A DNA stretch of 39,649 nucleotides from Gammaproteobacteria bacterium (GCA_029881775.1 JAOULY010000001.1:1-39649), one strand, 5' to 3'. Positions 29,705 through 39,307 are shown, counted from the stretch's first letter. Made by a program: numbers and translations. Notes: generated by a model not told the origin, from the letters alone.

Positions 29705-31171
29705 ATGCGATTCACTAACATCAAATTCAGCACTGTTTTCTCTGCCCTGCTTGTGTCCCTGGTGGTTGCCTGTGGCGATGAACAACTCGCCGGCGGCGGA
29801 ATCGGTGGCACCGGCATTACATCCGGCACCGTTACGGGGTTCGGCAGCGTGTTCGTGAACGGCGTTGAGTTCGACACCAGCGGTGCTGCGCGCATGGTTG
29901 ATGATGTCGCGTCCGTCAGTAATGGCTTCGACGACATTACCGTTATGAAGCAGGGGATGGTCGTCACTGTCACTGGCACGGTAAACCCGGATGGGGTGAC
30001 GGGCACGGCTACTTCGGTAGATTTCGATGAGGTTATTGAAGGCCCGATTGGTACTGTGCCGGTTGAGGATGCTGACATGATCCTGAAAACGTTCGATATC
30101 CTGGGTACCAATGTAATCGTTAACAGGAATACCACGGTGTTTGTTGATACCGACTATGTGTCGATTACGCATGATGACGTGATCGAAGTGAGTGGTTTCT
30201 TCGATGCATCCGGCAACCTGGTTGCCACGCTGGTGGACAAGGAAGGCGTTTTGTCTCCGGGTTCAACCGTAGAGGTGCATGGCGTTGTTAGCGGGTTTAA
30301 CGGTATTGATACCTTCAAGCTGGGTCCGGTGACCGTTGTCTATGACGGTATTACGGTGTTCGACAAGTTGCCGGGCACCGTGAGTGACGGACAGTTTGTT
30401 GAAGCCAGCGGCACATTGACCGGCGCGAGAATGATAAACGCTGCGCGTATCGAGCTGGAGGATGACGCGCTGATACAGGCTGGCCCGGTCAGCCTGGAAG
30501 GTATTGTCACCCGGTTTGGTTCTACGGCGGATTTCATGGTCGGCGGCCAGCAGGTCAACGCGTCTGCGGCCGTGTTCGTACCGGTAACACTGGCTGCAAC
30601 CATCGACAAGGACAGCCGCGTAGAAATCACTGGAACAGTCGCCGGGACCGTGTTGACGGCAGCAGTTGTGGAGGATCGTGGTGGTGCGGTCAAGGTCGGC
30701 GGGCGTGTCAATTCTGTCGATACGCAGTACATGACCGTGGACGTAGAGGTCGTATCGGGCGAGCCATTCGTGCGGATCAATATCAACACAAGAACCCAGC
30801 TGGAAGATGAGCTGGGAGGGCCGCAACCGTTTACGCTGTCCAGCCTGCGGCAGGGTGATGAAGTTATTATCGAGGGCTTGAGTGGTGCCGGTAACAGTGT
30901 TGATGCGAAGCAACTCAAGCGCAAGGTGCTCGACAAATATGAACTCAAGGCAATGACGCAGTCCGCAACGGGTGACAACTCATCAGGTGCTGTTACCCTG
31001 CTCGGTGTGACATTCTCGACTAACGGCTCGACCCGGTTTGAAGACAGCAATGACCAGACGTTTCCAAATGGAGGCGATGATTTCTACAGCCTGGTTCGCC
31101 CGGGAGACATCCTCGAGGTTGAAGACCACAAGCCGGTGAATGGAATTGCTGACGAGGTTGAATTGAAGTAA
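29705..31171 (+). CDS. lipoprotein built from about 6 repeated beta-rich (DUF5666-like / OB-like) modules
   Basis: 488 aa. Lipobox LVVAC-G. Modules recur, such as VEVHGVVSGFNGIDTFKLGPVTVVYDGITVF, VSLEGIVTRFGSTADFMVGGQQVNASAAVF and GTVTGFGSVFVNGVEFDTSG. Confidence 0.65.
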   Translation: MRFTNIKFSTVFSALLVSLVVACGDEQLAGGGIGGTGITSGTVTGFGSVFVNGVEFDTSGAARMVDDVASVSNGFDDITVMKQGMVVTVTGTVNPDGVTGTATSVDFDEVIEGPIGTVPVEDADMILKTFDILGTNVIVNRNTTVFVDTDYVSITHDDVIEVSGFFDASGNLVATLVDKEGVLSPGSTVEVHGVVSGFNGIDTFKLGPVTVVYDGITVFDKLPGTVSDGQFVEASGTLTGARMINAARIELEDDALIQAGPVSLEGIVTRFGSTADFMVGGQQVNASAAVFVPVTLAATIDKDSRVEITGTVAGTVLTAAVVEDRGGAVKVGGRVNSVDTQYMTVDVEVVSGEPFVRININTRTQLEDELGGPQPFTLSSLRQGDEVIIEGLSGAGNSVDAKQLKRKVLDKYELKAMTQSATGDNSSGAVTLLGVTFSTNGSTRFEDSNDQTFPNGGDDFYSLVRPGDILEVEDHKPVNGIADEVELK

Positions 31172-31235
31172 ACCGGAGTCCGGAGTCCGGCGTTCGGTTG
31201 AGCGACTGTTTCGTGCTAGCGTGACTTGCTGCAGT

Positions 31236-31886
31236 TCAGTTCCCGCTCAGGCGAAACACATGCTCCTGGAGTCTCTGCAGGCCGCGTTCCCTGAAAGCAG
31301 GCTGTGTGTCGAGAATATCCGCTGACTGTAAATGTTCCAGTGTGAATGCTGTGCCGAGCAGCGCCCGGACCTCGGCCGGTGGCACAGAGAATGGCGGGCC
31401 ATCCATGTGTGACTGTTCGTATTCCATGGTCACCAGCAGCCCGTTCGCATGTGATGGCAGGAGTTCGCCCAGGTGTTCGACATAGGCCGGGCGCAGGTGT
31501 GCTGGCATGGCAATCAGCGCAGCCCGGTCATAAAAGGCGTCAACCGTGCCGATCTCTTTGGCCGTCAGTGTGAAAAAATCACCGCAGTAAAGGTCAATGC
31601 CGCTAACAGACCAGCGGGAATAGCCCGGTGCATCATGGCGTGTCGGATGCAGACCGGCTTCCGCGAAGAAGGCTTCGATGGCCAGCGGACTCACTTCGAT
31701 ACCCGCGATCGCATGGCCCTGTTGTCGCAACCAGTGCATGTCCAGGCTTTTCCCGCACAGGGGCACCAGGATGCGGCTGTCCTGTGCCGGTGCACGCCAG
31801 AATTGCTGAAGATAATTGTTCGTTGTTTGCTGGTGGAAGCCAATCTGGTTGGCTGCCCAGCGGTTATGCCAGAAATCAGGATCCAT
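31236..31886 (-). CDS. tpm: thiopurine S-methyltransferase family (Tpm)
   Basis: 216 aa. FWHNRWAANQIGFH and the SAM-binding VPLCGKSLDMHWL motif are typical of bacterial TPMT. Confidence 0.85.
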   Translation of the reverse strand: MDPDFWHNRWAANQIGFHQQTTNNYLQQFWRAPAQDSRILVPLCGKSLDMHWLRQQGHAIAGIEVSPLAIEAFFAEAGLHPTRHDAPGYSRWSVSGIDLYCGDFFTLTAKEIGTVDAFYDRAALIAMPAHLRPAYVEHLGELLPSHANGLLVTMEYEQSHMDGPPFSVPPAEVRALLGTAFTLEHLQSADILDTQPAFRERGLQRLQEHVFRLSGN

Positions 31887-31977
31887 TGCGTGTGCGGGGG
31901 GCGTTCAGCCTGCGTCCATGAGAAACAACGAGTATATAATGGTACGGCCGAAGCGGAATTGTTATATCGAGGCGGGC

Positions 31978-32421
31978 ATGAGTAAACAGGTAATCAGTGA
32001 ATTTCACGGCGCATTCAAGGGGCGATTTGAAAACGTTCTGCGCTGGGAGCAGCTCGATGATCTGCGCAACACGCTCGAGGCTGATGCAGGGGCGGGCTGG
32101 TATATCTATGCGGTCGGTGATACGCCGCCAATCGAACCGGCCGACGGCGAGCGGGTGCGGAAATTTTTAGGCGAAATTATGCTGTTATTACGCAAGGAAC
32201 ATGATGAGGATTACTGCGGCATCGTCTATACGGACTCCATGCAGCAACCCGGATTCGTGAAATTCTTCGACCCGAATAATCTCGGTGTATCCTGCGGCTT
32301 CAGCGACAACCCGCCTCTGCCGGGGTGGATTCTTTCCAAGATTGCACCACAGGAGCTGGGCAGTGCGGCGCCGCTGCCTGGAAACCGGCGTCGCTGGTGG
32401 CAACGACTGCTTGGACGTTGA
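31978..32421 (+). CDS. conserved-looking hypothetical protein
   Basis: Start moved to ATG 31978 (GAGG 6 nt upstream). 147 aa, soluble, with an Arg/Trp-rich C-terminus. No family recognised. Confidence 0.5.
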   Translation: MSKQVISEFHGAFKGRFENVLRWEQLDDLRNTLEADAGAGWYIYAVGDTPPIEPADGERVRKFLGEIMLLLRKEHDEDYCGIVYTDSMQQPGFVKFFDPNNLGVSCGFSDNPPLPGWILSKIAPQELGSAAPLPGNRRRWWQRLLGR

Positions 32422-32564
32422 TTAAAATAAGCCATTGAATAATAACGATTAACAATGTTTAACTTGCCGAATTTCATATTTATCTAATATACTCGCCTGC
32501 AAACTTTCGGACGCTTGAGCGGATTGAAAGACACGATTCATGTCATGTTGATGGAGTCAATACA

Positions 32565-32867
32565 ATGAAAAATGTAGCAAGTGTGGTTATTTCATGTGTC
32601 CTGCTGGCCGCGAGCGGGTCAGTGCTGGCCGGTGATGCGGAAGCTGGCAAGGCAAAGGCAGCCAGCTGTGCCGGTTGTCACGGTGCGAATGGTGTCAGCA
32701 GTAACCCGATGTGGCCGAACCTGGCTGGTCAGCAATCCGGCTACCTGGCCAAGCAGATGAAGGCGTTTCGTGACGGTACCCGTACCGACCCTATGATGAG
32801 CCCTATGGCCAAGCCGCTGACTGACGCGGACATCGACAACATCGCCGCTTACTACAGCGGCCTGTAA
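32565..32867 (+). CDS. monohaem class-I cytochrome c (c-552/c4-half type)
   Basis: 100 aa with a signal peptide. Haem site CAGCHG. MWPNLAGQQSGYLAKQMKAFRDGTR...MM is typical of this class, and a Met-rich distal-ligand region is present. Confidence 0.85.
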   Translation: MKNVASVVISCVLLAASGSVLAGDAEAGKAKAASCAGCHGANGVSSNPMWPNLAGQQSGYLAKQMKAFRDGTRTDPMMSPMAKPLTDADIDNIAAYYSGL

Positions 32868-32882
32868 GTCGTTTGAATAAAA

Positions 32883-32917
32883 CCCGCACCGGTATAGCTA
32901 CCGGTGCGGGTTTTTTT
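32883..32917. terminator. bidirectional rho-independent terminator (cytochrome c / ctaA, convergent)
   Basis: 12-bp stem CCCGCACCGGTA/TACCGGTGCGGG with loop TAGC. T7 lies downstream and an A-run upstream. It overlaps the ctaA stop codon. Confidence 0.8.
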
Positions 32918-33944
32918 ATGCCTGTGACATGCGCTGGCGGAGGAACACCGCGGCAGTGAACAGCAGCAGGGCACCGGCCTGGTGAATAGCCGCCAGGGGT
33001 ACCGGTACATGCAGCAGTAGTGTCGAGATGCCGAGCGCCACCTGCAGTATCATGGCAGCCAACAGCAGGTGCAGCCCGATCCTGATGCGCGGCGGCAGTT
33101 GCTGGCGCAGCGAGACCAGCCACAGCGCGCTGACCGACAGGAATACCAGCAGGGCGAGCAGGCGGTGATCAAATTGTACGGTCGCTATGTTTTCAAAAAA
33201 GTTACGCCATACCGGTTCCTGCATGAACATAACCTGCGGTACCCAGTGGCCATCCATAAGCGGGAATGTATTGTAGGCATGGCCGGCCTTAAGGCCGGCA
33301 ACGAAACCACCTGACAGGATAGTAATGAATAGCAGCCCTGTCAGCAGGCCAGTCGCCCGTTTCAGCCGCAGCGGAATTGCGCCGGATTCTGCACGACCGA
33401 ACCACAGGCCGATGGCGATATGCAGCATCCAGGCATAAATCAAGACGGCCAGTCCCAGGTGCGCCGTTAACCGGTACTGGCTGACGTGCGGGTTGTCGAC
33501 CAGTCCGCTCTTCACCATGTACCAGCCAAGCAGTCCCTGCAGGCCACCCAGCACAAACAGGGCCGCCAGTTTCGGCACCAGCGGTCGTCGTACAAAACCC
33601 CGGAAAAGAAAATACAGGAACGGAAGCAGAAATACGGTACCGATCATCCGGCCGAGCACACGGTGCGCATATTCAAACCAGTAGATTTGCTTGAATCCGT
33701 GCAAGTCCATGGTGAAGTTTACTTTCTGGAATTCAGGTGACTGCCGGTACAGCTCGAACGTGTCGTTCCACTCGGCCTCGCTCAGGGGCGGTATCACACC
33801 GAAAATGGGATCCCATTGCACCATGGACAGTCCCGATCCGGTCAGCCGGGTTACGCCACCGAGTATTACCATCGAGAAGACCATCAGGCAGCAGATCAGC
33901 AGCCAGGCTGCAATCTGCCGATCATGTTGTGTTTCATTTTTCAT
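32916..33944 (-). CDS. ctaA: haem A synthase (COX15/CtaA)
   Basis: Polytopic protein with the COX15 signature GGVTRLTGSGLSMVQW and paired His-containing helices. I chose the ATG 33944 start (MKNETQHDRQIAAWLL...). The track's TTG 34007 is an alternative. Confidence 0.85.
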   Translation of the reverse strand: MKNETQHDRQIAAWLLICCLMVFSMVILGGVTRLTGSGLSMVQWDPIFGVIPPLSEAEWNDTFELYRQSPEFQKVNFTMDLHGFKQIYWFEYAHRVLGRMIGTVFLLPFLYFLFRGFVRRPLVPKLAALFVLGGLQGLLGWYMVKSGLVDNPHVSQYRLTAHLGLAVLIYAWMLHIAIGLWFGRAESGAIPLRLKRATGLLTGLLFITILSGGFVAGLKAGHAYNTFPLMDGHWVPQVMFMQEPVWRNFFENIATVQFDHRLLALLVFLSVSALWLVSLRQQLPPRIRIGLHLLLAAMILQVALGISTLLLHVPVPLAAIHQAGALLLFTAAVFLRQRMSQA

Positions 33945-34087
33945 TGTGACAGGAAGGCTAATTCCGTAATTCCCGGGCAAGCAATATTGTACCTGAAAAC
34001 TTTTCAACGGTCGGCAGTTTGTCTTGTGTTTGCACGGGATTAAAGGACTGCGCTAACATCAATTCCGGATATCAGGCGGGGAACAGT

Positions 34088-34588
34088 ATGCATCGGCTAA
34101 TTATTTTAGCAGCCCTGGCAACGGCATTACTTGCGTTTATATACAGCGATCAGCTCGGTATGGATTTTGCACCGGCGCCCGAGAGCGTAACAGCCGCTGA
34201 TGGTAAAACGCTTGATGCTACCAAACTGCCGGAACGCGCGGTACTGGATATCACCGTGCATACCGTTGAAGAGCTCCAGGTGTTGTTCGAGCGGGCAGAG
34301 ACGCTCGCGCAAACGCCGCGTGTGAATGAAGATAACGCCAGGGTCGTGCTGGTACTGCATGGTCCCGAGGTGGAGTTTTTCTCCACGCGCAACTATGACC
34401 GCTACCGGGAGATTGTCGATCGGGCTGCGCATCTTGATGCGCTTGATATTGTCGATGTCAGGATTTGCCAGACCATGATGGCAGCGCGCGGTATTGCGCG
34501 TGACGATATTCCGCCATTTATTGAGCAGGTACCCGTTGGAACGGTGGAAGTCGAGCGCTTGCTTGGCGAAGGGTATGTCTATTTCTAG
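34088..34588 (+). CDS. DsrE/DsrF-like family protein with N-terminal anchor/signal
   Basis: Start moved to ATG 34088. The pattern VVLVLHGPEVEFF...DVRICQTMMAARGI..DDIPPFIEQVPVGTVEVERLLGEGYVYF matches the small DsrE-like fold family (hG..v.f ... C...m...gi ... vp.g..e...L...GY.Y). Confidence 0.5.
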   Translation: MHRLIILAALATALLAFIYSDQLGMDFAPAPESVTAADGKTLDATKLPERAVLDITVHTVEELQVLFERAETLAQTPRVNEDNARVVLVLHGPEVEFFSTRNYDRYREIVDRAAHLDALDIVDVRICQTMMAARGIARDDIPPFIEQVPVGTVEVERLLGEGYVYF

Positions 34589-34664
34589 GGAACGTCTGGT
34601 TAATTACCGGTACGCCGCCAGTGCGCTCCTCGCAACGACGAATCAGTCATGGTTGCGGGCGGGG

Positions 34665-34919
34665 TCAAACCACTTCTGTTCGAGTGACCTGGCCGTTATT
34701 ATCGAGGTAAAGGTGTAACTGTCCGCGGCAGGGAATGCGTTCACCGTCACGGTTCGCGCATTCCAGCAGCAACTCGTCGAACTCTACTTCAACAAACAGT
34801 TCGTTGCCGGTTTCCAGTATTATGTTGTAGCGCAATGACTGGTTGTCTATCAGTCCGTTCTGCGAACAGAAGCGCGACAGCTCCCTGCAGGACATCAGGA
34901 ATGTTTCAAGGGATGACAT
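34665..34919 (-). CDS. hypothetical small protein (84 aa, 4 Cys)
   Basis: The ORF has protein-like composition, but no SD was seen and no family recognised. Confidence 0.35.
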   Translation of the reverse strand: MSSLETFLMSCRELSRFCSQNGLIDNQSLRYNIILETGNELFVEVEFDELLLECANRDGERIPCRGQLHLYLDNNGQVTRTEVV

Positions 34920-34937
34920 GATGACGTGTCGGATACC

Positions 34938-35153
34938 CTATGCGGGCTGGTTGTTGCGGGCGTCCCTGCTGTTTCCGTTATTCTGTTGCAGGTAAGTCAG
35001 CCGCGTTGCCTCCGATTCGAAATAGATCTTGACCGCGAGACGGCCACTTCCCTCTATGACGAACGGTTTGGATGCCAGGCTTTGCAGCGGCTCCCCGGTG
35101 ACCGGGTCGGTTGTTGTAATTATCAATGTTGCCCCTCCCTTAACCTGATGCAT
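34938..35153 (-). CDS. hypothetical small protein (71 aa)
   Basis: The ORF has protein-like composition and sits 18 nt upstream of the 84-aa ORF. No SD was seen and no family recognised. Confidence 0.35.
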   Translation of the reverse strand: MHQVKGGATLIITTTDPVTGEPLQSLASKPFVIEGSGRLAVKIYFESEATRLTYLQQNNGNSRDARNNQPA

Positions 35154-35252
35154 TTATGAAACGCGACAAACGGATAAGAATGGCTTTTTTCGAGTATAGG
35201 ATATCTGGCGCATGATGCAATGCAGCCGGGGGGCGTGAGCAGATGTGGAATT

Positions 35253-35285
35253 GTTAACCGGGCAGCAGGCAGCTGCCCGGTTAAC
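35253..35285 (-). terminator. strong hairpin downstream of prk (possible terminator or attenuator)
   Basis: 14-bp perfect stem GTTAACCGGGCAGC/GCTGCCCGGTTAAC with loop AGGCA, 18 nt past the prk stop. No clear U-tract follows. Confidence 0.45.
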
Positions 35286-35302
35286 AGGGGTGGTCGGGCG
35301 TG

Positions 35303-36175
35303 TTAGCCGCGTTCCTTCATCATGCGTTCAATAATTGGCGCCAGGATGATTTCCATGGCAAAACCCATCTTGCCCGCCGGTACGACAATGGTATTACGGC
35401 GCGACATAAACGAGTCATCCAGCATATTGAGCAGGTAGGGGAAGTCGATATCCAGGCTATTCGGGTCGCGGAAGCGAATGACCACGAAGCTTTCGTCGGG
35501 TGTCGGGATATCGCGTGCAATGAACGGATTGGATGTATCGACTGTCGGTACGCGCTGGAAATTGATATCCGTGCGTGAAAACTGCGGTGTAATGTAATGC
35601 ACGTAGTCATGCATCCGTCGCAGGATCGTGTCGGTCACAACATCGGCGGAATAACCGCGTTGTTCGCAGTCGCGGTGAATTTTCTGAATCCATTCCAGGT
35701 TGACGATAGGCACTACGCCGATCAGTAGATCAACATGCTTGGCAACATCAGCATCGTCCGTAACGATGCCGCCGTGCAGACCTTCGTAGAACAGCAGGTC
35801 AGTGCCTTCGCCTACTTTTTCCCAGGATGTGAACTCGCCGGGGTTTTGGCCAAATGGTTCCGCCTCTTCAACACTATGCAGGTAGTAACGGCGATCGCAG
35901 GCGCCGGTATCGCCGTAGCTTTTGAAAGTATCCTCGAGCTTGTCGAAAACATTCGCTTCGGGACCAAAGTGGCTGAAATTCGTATTGCCCTGTTCTTCTG
36001 CCTCGGCCATGGCTTTTTTCATGGCAGCGCGGTCGTAACGGTGATAGCTGTCACCCTCGATCACAACCGGGTTGACGCCTTCGCGCAGGAAGATGTGCTC
36101 AAATGCGACCTTGACGGTCGTGGTGCCCGCGCCGGATGAACCGGTCACCGCGATAATCGGATGTTTTTTGGACAT
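35303..36175 (-). CDS. prk: phosphoribulokinase
   Basis: 290 aa. MSKKHPIIAVTGSSGAGTTT P-loop followed by VIEGDSYHRYDR, typical of bacterial octameric PRK (CbbP). Confidence 0.92.
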   Translation of the reverse strand: MSKKHPIIAVTGSSGAGTTTVKVAFEHIFLREGVNPVVIEGDSYHRYDRAAMKKAMAEAEEQGNTNFSHFGPEANVFDKLEDTFKSYGDTGACDRRYYLHSVEEAEPFGQNPGEFTSWEKVGEGTDLLFYEGLHGGIVTDDADVAKHVDLLIGVVPIVNLEWIQKIHRDCEQRGYSADVVTDTILRRMHDYVHYITPQFSRTDINFQRVPTVDTSNPFIARDIPTPDESFVVIRFRDPNSLDIDFPYLLNMLDDSFMSRRNTIVVPAGKMGFAMEIILAPIIERMMKERG

Positions 36176-36568
36176 TTGGAAGCTCCTGGCCCTGTCTGAT
36201 TGTTTGTTTGTGGTCGCAGAGTCCCTTGCGCCGACAGATCAGCCGACCGGTCACCTGTGGATGCTGCGTATGCTTTCGAGCAGCGTATTGAACCATTATT
36301 ACGATGCCGGACTCAAGCCACCATTGCTTACCTCGAAGAGAAGACGAAAATAACGGTACGAAACATCCAGATATTTTTATATGTGGGTATAGATTATTTA
36401 TATGAGGCAAGTCTGGCGGGAGACCGGCACGGCAGCCGGTATTTTTTAAATTTTATTACGGTAATCAGGGCACAGTATTTCAGCTCTGTCGTATTTCTGC
36501 ATATAATGAAGAGTTTCTGGCAGCGCGAAAACAGCGCAGACAATTTTTCAAGGAATTCGCACTATCCA

Positions 36569-38329
36569 ATGAGTATATCTACGACGACTGAAAGATGGCG
36601 GGAGCACTTCCTGCCTTTCATGAGCTGGATCGGCGAACTTAAAAAACCCGGTGTGGTGCGTGCCGACATTATTGCCGGCATAACCGTGGCACTGGTGCTG
36701 GTTCCCCAGTCGATGGCGTATGCGCAGCTCGCCGGCCTGCCACCCTATTACGGTCTGTATGCCTCGTTCCTGCCCGGCATCATCGCGGCGTTGTTCGGGT
36801 CATCACGCCAGTTGGCAACCGGTCCGGTTGCCGTGGTGTCGTTGATGACGGCTTCGGCGCTGGAGCCGATTGCCGGCGCCAACCAGGAACTCTACATTGC
36901 CTACGCCATCATGCTCGCGCTGATGGTCGGTATTTTCCAGTTGAGCCTCGGCCTGCTGCGCCTGGGTGTGCTGGTGAACTTTCTTTCGCACCCGGTGGTG
37001 GTTGGTTTTACCAATGCAGCTGCCATCATTATCGGCACCTCGCAACTCGGCAAACTGTTCGGTGTGTCGGTTGAAAAGGCCGATCACACCTATGAGACAG
37101 TATTCAACACGCTGGTCGAGGCGACGCGCAGTACGCACATGGAAACGCTGTTAATGGCAATTCTCGCGCTCGGCATCATGATCCTGCTGAAGCGTTACTT
37201 GCGAAAAATACCGAATGTACTGACGGCAGTTGCCGTAACCACGGTCATTTCGTGGCAGATCGGTTTCGAGGGTATGGGCGGCCAGGTGGTTGGTGCAATT
37301 CCGGCCGGGTTACCGCCGCTGGCATTGCCGACCATTGATTTCCAGGTAATGACCCAGCTACTCAGTGTTGCCGCGGTGGTCTCCATTATCGGCTTTATGG
37401 AAGCGATTTCGATTGCCAAGGCGATGGCGGCGCGTACGCGCCAGCGGCTGGATGCCAACCAGGAGCTGGTTGGCCAGGGCCTGGGTAATATCATATCCAG
37501 TTTTTCCGGCGGCTATGCAGTATCCGGTTCATTCTCACGCTCTGCTGTCAATATCAGTGCCGGTGCCGTTACCGGCTTTTCCGCAGTCGTTACCGGTATC
37601 GTTGTGGCTATTGCGCTGATTGCACTGACGCCGCTGTTGTATTACCTGCCGCAGGCAACACTGGCTGCCGTTATTATCATGGCGGTCATCAACCTCGTAA
37701 AAATCGATCCCATCAAGCATGCCTGGAAAGTACAGCGTCATGATGCGGTTGTCGCGGTAATAACCTTTTTCCTCACCCTGGTGTGGGCGCCGCACCTCGA
37801 CAAGGGCATCCTGGTCGGAGTGATGCTGTCACTGGCGTTGTTCCTTTATCGCACCATGGCGCCGCGCATCGCTGTGTTGTCACGTGACCCGGACGGAACT
37901 TTGCGTGATGCCGAGGTGCGTAGATTACAAACCTGCCGGAATATTTCCCTGATCCGCTTTGACGGTCCGCTGTATTTTGCCAATACCGGTTATTTCGAGG
38001 ACAAGGTGCTGGAGCGTGTTGCGCTCAAGCCTGATCTCAAGTTCGTCATCATCGACGCAGAAGGAATTAACGAGATCGACGCCACCGGTGAGGAAATGCT
38101 GCATAACCTTATCGGGCGCCTCAAGGAGTCCGGCATTGAGCTGATTATTGCGCGCGCGAAGAAACAGTTATGGGATACCTTCGAGCGTACCAAGCTGCTG
38201 GAAGCGCTCGGTTCGGATCACATGTTTGCCTTGCGGACACAGGCATTCAACTACGCCTGGGACCGGCTCGGCGACAATCACGCCGAGACTTGCCCGCTAC
38301 GGGTGCCGCAACCGATCGAGCAGGGGTGA
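36569..38329 (+). CDS. SulP-family anion (sulfate/bicarbonate-type) transporter with C-terminal STAS domain
   Basis: SulP signature AGITVALVLVPQSMAYAQLAGLPPYYGLY. STAS-like LIRFDGPLYFANTGYFED...IIDAEGINEIDATGEEML. I chose ATG 36569; ATG 36506 is also possible. The track's 36200 start adds an implausible 123-aa leader. Confidence 0.85.
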   Translation: MSISTTTERWREHFLPFMSWIGELKKPGVVRADIIAGITVALVLVPQSMAYAQLAGLPPYYGLYASFLPGIIAALFGSSRQLATGPVAVVSLMTASALEPIAGANQELYIAYAIMLALMVGIFQLSLGLLRLGVLVNFLSHPVVVGFTNAAAIIIGTSQLGKLFGVSVEKADHTYETVFNTLVEATRSTHMETLLMAILALGIMILLKRYLRKIPNVLTAVAVTTVISWQIGFEGMGGQVVGAIPAGLPPLALPTIDFQVMTQLLSVAAVVSIIGFMEAISIAKAMAARTRQRLDANQELVGQGLGNIISSFSGGYAVSGSFSRSAVNISAGAVTGFSAVVTGIVVAIALIALTPLLYYLPQATLAAVIIMAVINLVKIDPIKHAWKVQRHDAVVAVITFFLTLVWAPHLDKGILVGVMLSLALFLYRTMAPRIAVLSRDPDGTLRDAEVRRLQTCRNISLIRFDGPLYFANTGYFEDKVLERVALKPDLKFVIIDAEGINEIDATGEEMLHNLIGRLKESGIELIIARAKKQLWDTFERTKLLEALGSDHMFALRTQAFNYAWDRLGDNHAETCPLRVPQPIEQG

Positions 38330-38358
38330 TAGCGGGGCTCGTGTTGTTTTGTTGTACC

Positions 38359-38442
38359 GTCATTGCGGGCCTGGCGCGGCAATCCGGTAATTCAGGATCA
38401 ATTGTTTAAGGATTGCCGCGTCACTTCGTTCCGCGCAATGAC
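38359..38442. repeat. nested imperfect palindromic element (REP/MITE-like) between convergent SulP and trmB
   Basis: The outer arms GTCATTGCG (38359-38367) and CGCAATGAC (38434-38442) pair. The inner arms CGCGGCAATCC (38375-38385) and GGATTGCCGCG (38410-38420) also pair. Confidence 0.6.
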
Positions 38443-38458
38443 ACCGTCGGCATAGTCT

Positions 38459-39154
38459 TTATTCATCAACTTGTCTGCGTTCGAACAGCAGGTCCCAGAC
38501 CCCGTGGCCGAGCCGCTGACCGCGCTGCTCGAATTTTGTCAACGGCCGGTATTCCGGCTTCACCGAGTAGTTGCCATCACCCGCGCAATTCCTGAATGAG
38601 GCTGACGCCTGCAGCACGGCCAGTGCATGTTCCGCGTAGTCCTGCCAGTCGGTTGCCATATGAAATATGCCGCCCGGCCGCAGTTTGCGTGCGATCAGCT
38701 GAACAAATCCGGGTTGTACGATGCGACGCTTGTGGTGGCGTTTCTTGTGCCAGGGGTCGGGGAAAAACAGCAGCAGCCTGTCGAGGCTGTTATCCGGTAT
38801 ACAATCCGTTAACACCTTGACCGCATCCGTGTTGCAGATGCGAACATTATTGATACCGCGTTTCTGCAGTAACTGCAGCAGGTGACCCACGCCGGGTCGA
38901 TGGACCTCGATACCGATGAAGTCATGTTCAGGCTGCTGTGCGGCGATCTCTGCGAGTGCTTCGCCATTGCCAAAGCCGATTTCGAGTGTGCGCGGTGCGG
39001 TACGGCCAAACAACGCGTCGAGGTCCACGGGTGAGTCAGGCGTTATGCCGTATAGCGGCCATAACTCATCGAGTGCGCGTTGCTGGCCACGCGTGATGCG
39101 TCCCTCGCGCTTGACGAATGACTGGATAGTGCGGTGGTGACGTTCTTCGTTCAA
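38459..39154 (-). CDS. trmB: tRNA (guanine-N7)-methyltransferase
   Basis: 231 aa. [12 protein letters not shown] motif and [14 protein letters not shown], diagnostic of TrmB. Confidence 0.9.
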   Translation of the reverse strand: MNEERHHRTIQSFVKREGRITRGQQRALDELWPLYGITPDSPVDLDALFGRTAPRTLEIGFGNGEALAEIAAQQPEHDFIGIEVHRPGVGHLLQLLQKRGINNVRICNTDAVKVLTDCIPDNSLDRLLLFFPDPWHKKRHHKRRIVQPGFVQLIARKLRPGGIFHMATDWQDYAEHALAVLQASASFRNCAGDGNYSVKPEYRPLTKFEQRGQRLGHGVWDLLFERRQVDE

Positions 39155-39199
39155 GGCATCGCTCTTCAGCTTGTGATTCCGGGGTATTTCAATGATCCG

Positions 39200-39307
39200 C
39201 TGATTGATTCGTCATTGCGAGCGCGATGTGCATGGCCCGGGCCAGCCGCTCACTCGCGATGCAAGTTCACCCTCTTCATGTCGCCGTCGCAATGACGAAT
39301 CAATCAG
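39200..39307. repeat. 108-bp MITE-like element with perfect 21-bp terminal inverted repeats
   Basis: CTGATTGATTCGTCATTGCGA (39200-39220) is the exact reverse complement of TCGCAATGACGAATCAATCAG (39287-39307). It shares the GTCATTGCG core with the element at 38359-38442. Confidence 0.65.

Noticed and set aside
29133-31050. Four long minus-strand ORFs (160-236 aa)
   Set aside because: They are antisense to the HTH-protein and lipoprotein genes. Their products are Ser/Thr/Pro/Val-rich mirror translations. The plus-strand genes have a lipobox, repeat modules and translational coupling.
16130-31171. Idea that the ankyrin-to-lipoprotein block is a horizontally acquired genomic island
   Set aside because: I see no integrase, transposase, flanking tRNA or direct repeats. 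My by-eye GC sampling is too crude to support an island call, so computed composition and synteny analysis are needed.
36200-36568. 123-aa N-terminal extension of the SulP ORF in the track
   Set aside because: The extension overlaps the prk promoter region, is Arg/Cys-rich and not membrane-like. SulP homology begins right after ATG 36569.
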